64,000 bases of DNA from an uncultured delta proteobacterium (GTDB lineage Bacteria; Myxococcota; UBA727; VGSZ01), in the NCBI GenBank assembly GCA_963775425.1, contig CAVZJB010000011.1:928001-992000 (forward strand), in the 5' to 3' direction. Below are positions 59,729-64,000 of the stretch, in pieces. The notes beneath the pieces were generated by a model that was not told the DNA's origin, searched no databases, and worked only from the letters and a program-made list of their open reading frames with translations. A program made the position numbers and the translations under genes. The stretch's first letter is position 1; each line of letters starts with the position of its first letter.

Positions 59729-60555
59729 ACATGGCCCTGTTGTCCGTTTCGACCCTCGCCCTCGCCGTCGCGCTCGGCGCCGTCGCGCCGCAGCTCCCGC
59801 CGGGGACGCGCAACGTGAAGGTCACCCTGCACCTCGAAGACGCGGACGTCGCCAACGTCTATCGGCTCGTCGGTGACATCGGCCGCATGAGCGTCGTCCT
59901 CGACGCCTGCCTGGCGCGCGAGAAGGTGAGCCTCCGCCTGAAGGACGTGCCCCTGTCGATGGTGCTCGACGCCGTGGACGAGAAGGTCGGCAGCACGCGG
60001 ACGCTCGAGGGCGGCGTGCTCGTCGAGCATTGCGGCGGCGCGCCGCGCGACGACGACCAGAGCCTCGACAAGCGCATCACGGTCAGGATGAAGAGCGTGA
60101 AGCCTGCGGACGCGCTCGCCGCGGTGGCGTCGCTTGTGAACGCGGGCACCGCCGGCGTCGTCGACGCCGCGCCCATCACCATCGATGTCGAGGGCGTCGC
60201 CGTGCGCGAGGTGCTCGCGACGATCGGGAAGGCGATGGGCTTCGACGCGGTGGACTTCGCGAGCGGCGTCCTCGTGCCGGCCCGCGCGCCCGCGCCCGCG
60301 CCGAAGAGGGACGTCGCGCCGGGGTTCGACAAGAAGGTCACCATCGAGCTGCGCCAGGTCGGCGTCGCCAACCTGTACAAGCTGCTCGGCGAGATCACCG
60401 GGAGCGCGATCTCGATCCCCACGTGCGTCGAGGACAAGAAGGTCGACTTGAAGCTGAAGAACGCGCCGGCCGACCTGGTGATGCGCGTGCTCGACGCGAA
60501 GCTCGGCACCACGCACGTCTACGGCGGCGGCGGCGCCGTCGTCAGCTGTCGCTGA
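59725..60555 (+). CDS. Secreted protein with three STN/secretin-N0-like repeats and no secretin barrel
   Basis: KVTLHLEDADVANVYRLV..KVSLRLKDVP; RITVRMKSV..ITIDVEGV; KVTIELRQVGVANLYKLL..KVDLKLKNAP. Confidence 0.75.
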   Translation: MNMALLSVSTLALAVALGAVAPQLPPGTRNVKVTLHLEDADVANVYRLVGDIGRMSVVLDACLAREKVSLRLKDVPLSMVLDAVDEKVGSTRTLEGGVLVEHCGGAPRDDDQSLDKRITVRMKSVKPADALAAVASLVNAGTAGVVDAAPITIDVEGVAVREVLATIGKAMGFDAVDFASGVLVPARAPAPAPKRDVAPGFDKKVTIELRQVGVANLYKLLGEITGSAISIPTCVEDKKVDLKLKNAPADLVMRVLDAKLGTTHVYGGGGAVVSCR

Positions 60556-60623
60556 CTGCGTGGCCTCGATCTCCGCATTGAGTCCCGGCGAGGCCTCCGG
60601 TACACCGCGACCAGGGGGTCACC

Positions 60624-61565
60624 GTGTCCACGCGTCTTGCCTTCGTCGCCCTGCTCCTCGCCTCGGCACCCGTGGCCGCTCAGGCGGACCTCGAGTCCGC
60701 GTTCGGTGAGTGCGACACCCTGCGCGCAGGCTTCACGGATCCGGGCCAGTCCACCACGTTCTTCTCGGCCGGCGCCGGCTACGACGTCTTCGTCGGCCGC
60801 GACTTGATGAGCAACTGGACGTCGGCCGTCCTCAACATGTTCCCCGATGTGGTCTTCCCGCTCGACCTCGACCTCGTCGGCCTCGGCGCCGACTTCTCGG
60901 TGGCCGGCTCGGCGGTGAACGACAACGACGCCGTCGACCTCTGCGTCGTCTCCAGCCTCATCACCAACGTCGCGGAGGTCGAGCCCGACGGGAACCTCTC
61001 GCAACAGGGCCGCACCTTCGCAGTGCGCTTCTTTTCGACCACGGCCCCCGTGGGGCAGCTCAGCCTGGTGCCTCCTGCGGAATTCGGCTGGTCGCTCGTC
61101 ACGTCCAACGACTGCCCGCCGGAGCGCCCGGCGTGCGAGATGCGCTGCCTCCGGTACGACGCCACGAACGGCTGGAGCGACATCGGCGCCGTCGCCGCCG
61201 ACGGCAGTTGCACCCACACGGAGCTCGACGGCGTCTTCGGGGTCTTCGCCACGCTGGGCGGCGCGAGCGAAGGCGAAGGTGAAGGCGAAGGAGAGGGCGA
61301 AGGAGAGGGCGAAGGCGAAGGCGAAGGCGAAGGCGAAGGAGAGGGCGAAGGCGAAGGCGAAGGAGAGGGCGAAGGCGAAGGCGAAGGAGAAGGCGAGGGC
61401 GAAGGCGAGGGCGAGGGCGAGGGCGAAGGCGAAGGCGAAGGAGAGCCGACCGACGGCTGCACCTGCGCATCGACGCAGCTCGGCGCCGATGCGCTCACGC
61501 TCAGCCTCGTGCTGCTCGGCCTCGGCCGTCGCCGCCGGGCAGCGGCTCCACGATGTGGGCGATGA
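60624..61565 (+). CDS. Surface protein with (GE)n linker and MYXO-CTERM-like anchor
   Basis: Signal peptide; long GE tract; GCTC + hydrophobic helix + RRRR. Confidence 0.82.
   Translation: MSTRLAFVALLLASAPVAAQADLESAFGECDTLRAGFTDPGQSTTFFSAGAGYDVFVGRDLMSNWTSAVLNMFPDVVFPLDLDLVGLGADFSVAGSAVNDNDAVDLCVVSSLITNVAEVEPDGNLSQQGRTFAVRFFSTTAPVGQLSLVPPAEFGWSLVTSNDCPPERPACEMRCLRYDATNGWSDIGAVAADGSCTHTELDGVFGVFATLGGASEGEGEGEGEGEGEGEGEGEGEGEGEGEGEGEGEGEGEGEGEGEGEGEGEGEGEGEGEGEPTDGCTCASTQLGADALTLSLVLLGLGRRRRAAAPRCGR
61269..61445. repeat. Gly-Glu repeat tract (coding)
   Basis: (ggcgaa/ggagag/ggcgag)n. Confidence 0.95.
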
Positions 61566-61721
61566 CCGTCGCCGCCGGCGTGTGCCGAGAGAGCGCCGAT
61601 CGCGCCCTTCGCTCGTCGACGGCGCTGAGGGCGGCGTGCGGGGTCTGGTCCTTGGATGGTCAGCGGTCCAACGTCGAGCGCCTCGGCTGATTCGTTCGCC
61701 CCGAGCATGTGAGGGCAAACC

Positions 61722-62078
61722 ATGCGCACGAGATTCCTCCTCCTCCTCCTCGCCGTCGCGGGCGCGGTCGCGCTCGGCACCGTGTGGTTGTCGGCCGCGC
61801 CTTCGCCCGCTGTGCCGGCGCCCGCCGCGCCGGCGCCGACAACGACGTCGACGAACGTCACCGCGAGGCGCGTGCGCAAGGTGCTCGACGCCGCGTTCGG
61901 CGCCAAAAGCGTGCACATGCGCTCCACGGACGGCAACACGCGCACGACGCTGTTGGACGTGGATAGCCGCCCCGAGGCGATCGCGCGCGCGTTCGCCGCT
62001 GCGCCGGTGGCGGAGGGCGTGCGTGTGACGGTGGACAGCATCGACGCGCACGGCGTGCACGCGCACGTCGCCGACTAG
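61722..62078 (+). CDS. Small secreted or membrane-anchored hypothetical protein
   Basis: N-terminal hydrophobic helix; GAGGG upstream. Confidence 0.6.
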   Translation: MRTRFLLLLLAVAGAVALGTVWLSAAPSPAVPAPAAPAPTTTSTNVTARRVRKVLDAAFGAKSVHMRSTDGNTRTTLLDVDSRPEAIARAFAAAPVAEGVRVTVDSIDAHGVHAHVAD

Positions 62079-62221
62079 AACTGCGATCGGGTCGCCGCGA
62101 GTGTTCGGATGCGGCTCAGCGTGATGGGCGAGCGGCGAGCGGTCACGTGTACCGCGAGCCGCGATCGCACGGCCGAAGTCGACGCGCGCGCCTGCGCCCC
62201 GCTGCCGTGATCGAAGGGCGG

Positions 62222-62947
62222 TCAGCAGCCGCCGGGGGCGTGCGCGATGTACTCGTCGAGCGGGCCGAGCCCGACACCTCTTCTCAGCTCATCGACGCGC
62301 TTGTCGTCCTCGAGTCGCGGGTGAACCTTCTTGCCGTCTTTGCATTCGTATTGGGTGCCGAAGCGCTGCGGGCGGCCCTCGCCCTGCGCCACGCGATCAT
62401 ACAGGTAGGCCCAGTTCGCGTCGGAGACCTCGTGGCTCTTGCGCAGCGCCGTCATGAGCGCGAGCGCGTGCTTCTGAAACGCGCGGTCGCCGTCGGCGTG
62501 CTGCGCGATGATGAACGCGCTCTTCGCCGCGTCTTCGCCGAAGACGCTCGCCTTCGGCCACCCGTGCACCGCGATGATGTCCTTCAGGAGCGGGATATCG
62601 GCCGCGAAGACGTCCTGCTCCCGAGCGTCGGCGTAGAGGACGGCGGCAGCGAAGCCGGGCGCGCCTTTGCGCTCGGCGAACGCATGCATCATGAACAGCT
62701 GCCACACCTGATCTTCGTCCCACGCGAGCGCAAGCCTCCGCTTCACCCACCGCACGTCATCGAGCTGAACGCCGTCGGCGAACAGGGCGAGTCGACGCTC
62801 GGCGAGCTTTCGCTCGCAGCTGAGCACTTCGTCGCGGATGGTGGCGGCCCCTTGCCAACAGGGAGGCGGGTCGGTCGCGGGCGCGGGCGCCCCCGCGAGA
62901 ATGAAGATGGCGAAGGCGACGGTGGGCATGACGTCGGTACCTATCAT
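62222..62947 (-). CDS. DUF6624-like secreted protein
   Basis: EDQ...LKDIIAVHGWP...AFIIAQHAD...AYLYDRV..G.PQRFGTQ...VDELRRGVGL. Confidence 0.8.
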   Translation of the reverse strand: MIGTDVMPTVAFAIFILAGAPAPATDPPPCWQGAATIRDEVLSCERKLAERRLALFADGVQLDDVRWVKRRLALAWDEDQVWQLFMMHAFAERKGAPGFAAAVLYADAREQDVFAADIPLLKDIIAVHGWPKASVFGEDAAKSAFIIAQHADGDRAFQKHALALMTALRKSHEVSDANWAYLYDRVAQGEGRPQRFGTQYECKDGKKVHPRLEDDKRVDELRRGVGLGPLDEYIAHAPGGC

Positions 62948-63027
62948 GGCGCGAAAATGCCCAACAGCCGCGCGCCGCACGCGCTGCCCGACGAGCCGCC
63001 GGCCAGAACGTCGCCCCCACGAGCCGC

Positions 63028-63405
63028 GTCCTCGACGACGACGACGGCGTGCCCCGCGAGTGACTCGCGTCGCTGCGCGCGCTCGAGCCCGCGCTCGACG
63101 CGTGCGCGCGGCGCTCCCCGGGCGCGGCGGTCGAGCTCTCCGCGATCCCCGTCGCCGCCGACGGCAGCGTCGGCGCACCCGCGGGCCGGCCGCAGACCGC
63201 GTTTTCGAAGTGCGTCGCCGCGGCCGTGTCCTCGGCGCACATGCCTGCGCCGCGCGCCGTTGTCGCGTTCGACCTCGACGTCCGCGCCGATCGCGGCGAC
63301 GGCGCGCGCGCCTTCCTCTCGGCAGACGCCGTCCTCACGGCCGCGGCCCTCGCGCCGCCGGCCCCGGTCGAGCCGCGCGCCGCGGCGGGCGCGCCCCCGG
63401 GGTAG
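63028..63405 (+). pseudogene. Remnant with AgmX/TonB-C-like domain and an in-frame stop at 63061
   Basis: LEPALDACARR...VAADGSV...FSKCVAAAV; no usable start codon. Confidence 0.4.
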
Positions 63406-63718
63406 CGGCATTGAGGACGCGCGCTCGGGCGTTGCGCGGACTTGTCAGGCCGATGTGTCAGCGCACATCTCCGGTCGAACGCCGCGCGGCGGCGACCACG
63501 GCGCGCGCGGTGGCGGTTTGTCGTCGACAAAGGGCGCTCGTGACGCGCTGCGCGCGCGCACCGCGAATGTAGGCGCAGTGACGACGAGCGCCGCACGTCG
63601 CCGCACCGAGGTCTACTTGTCTCACGGTCGCAGCGCTGATTTTCGGATCCGACACGCAACTTCAAAAGCGCTCCTTCGAAGGCCGGCGCGTGACGCCGCT
63701 TTCACAGGGAGGCCGCTC

Positions 63719-64000
63719 ATGACGAAGACTTCACTCTCGATCGCAGGTGTCGTCGTCCTCTCCGCAGCCGCGGGCTGCGTGAACGCCGTCGACCCGGGCG
63801 GCGCCGTCGCGCTCCCGCCCACGTACGACGAGCTCCTCGCCGACACGTACCAGGAGCCCGGCACGGGCATCTTCATCGTCGACGGCGACGTCCCCGTCCT
63901 CGACGAAAAGCGCCTGCATCTGTTCTACGACCAGCTCATCGCCGACTTCGAGGCCGAGCAGAGCGGCGCCGGCACGAGCACAAAGGAGCAGCCCCTCGCG
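63719..64000 (+). CDS. Lipoprotein, probable myxobacterial M57/matrixin-type metalloprotease; 5' part only
   Basis: GGAGG RBS; lipobox AAGC; TYQEPGTGIFIVDGDVP...EKRLHLFY pro-region motif; no HExxH inside the window. Confidence 0.55.
   Translation, partial: MTKTSLSIAGVVVLSAAAGCVNAVDPGGAVALPPTYDELLADTYQEPGTGIFIVDGDVPVLDEKRLHLFYDQLIADFEAEQSGAGTSTKEQPLA

Noticed and set aside
63420-63718. Riboswitch or ncRNA in the long leader
   Set aside because: No recognisable conserved motif by eye; an Infernal/Rfam scan would be needed

Overview
Very GC-rich bacterial DNA with Myxococcota (myxobacteria-like) hallmarks: MYXO-CTERM-type tails, DUF4215-like Cys-rich repeats, a Ser/Thr kinase-TPR-lipoprotein module and many lipoproteins. 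Housekeeping genes (gap, aconitase, an acyl-CoA dehydrogenase, pgk, hisS, tpiA-secG-tRNA-Leu(GAG), mscL) are interspersed with accessory surface and signalling genes. The best candidate for an undescribed system is a tightly coupled eight-gene operon at 16637-24349. It encodes a small PD-(D/E)XK-like protein, a coiled-coil protein, a GT-B glycosyltransferase, three radical SAM enzymes, a membrane-anchored protein and a CoxD/MoxR-type AAA+ ATPase. Also notable: an ECF sigma/anti-sigma pair coupled to a stand-alone triple STN-like protein; five surface proteins with (Gly-Glu)n linkers; five apparent deletion scars; a degenerate histidine kinase and a degenerate GGDEF protein; and a lysozyme-like protein with no signal peptide. 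All family calls come from motifs recognised by eye, not database searches. Many long ORFs in the supplied track are antisense shadows, and several start codons were re-chosen by hand.
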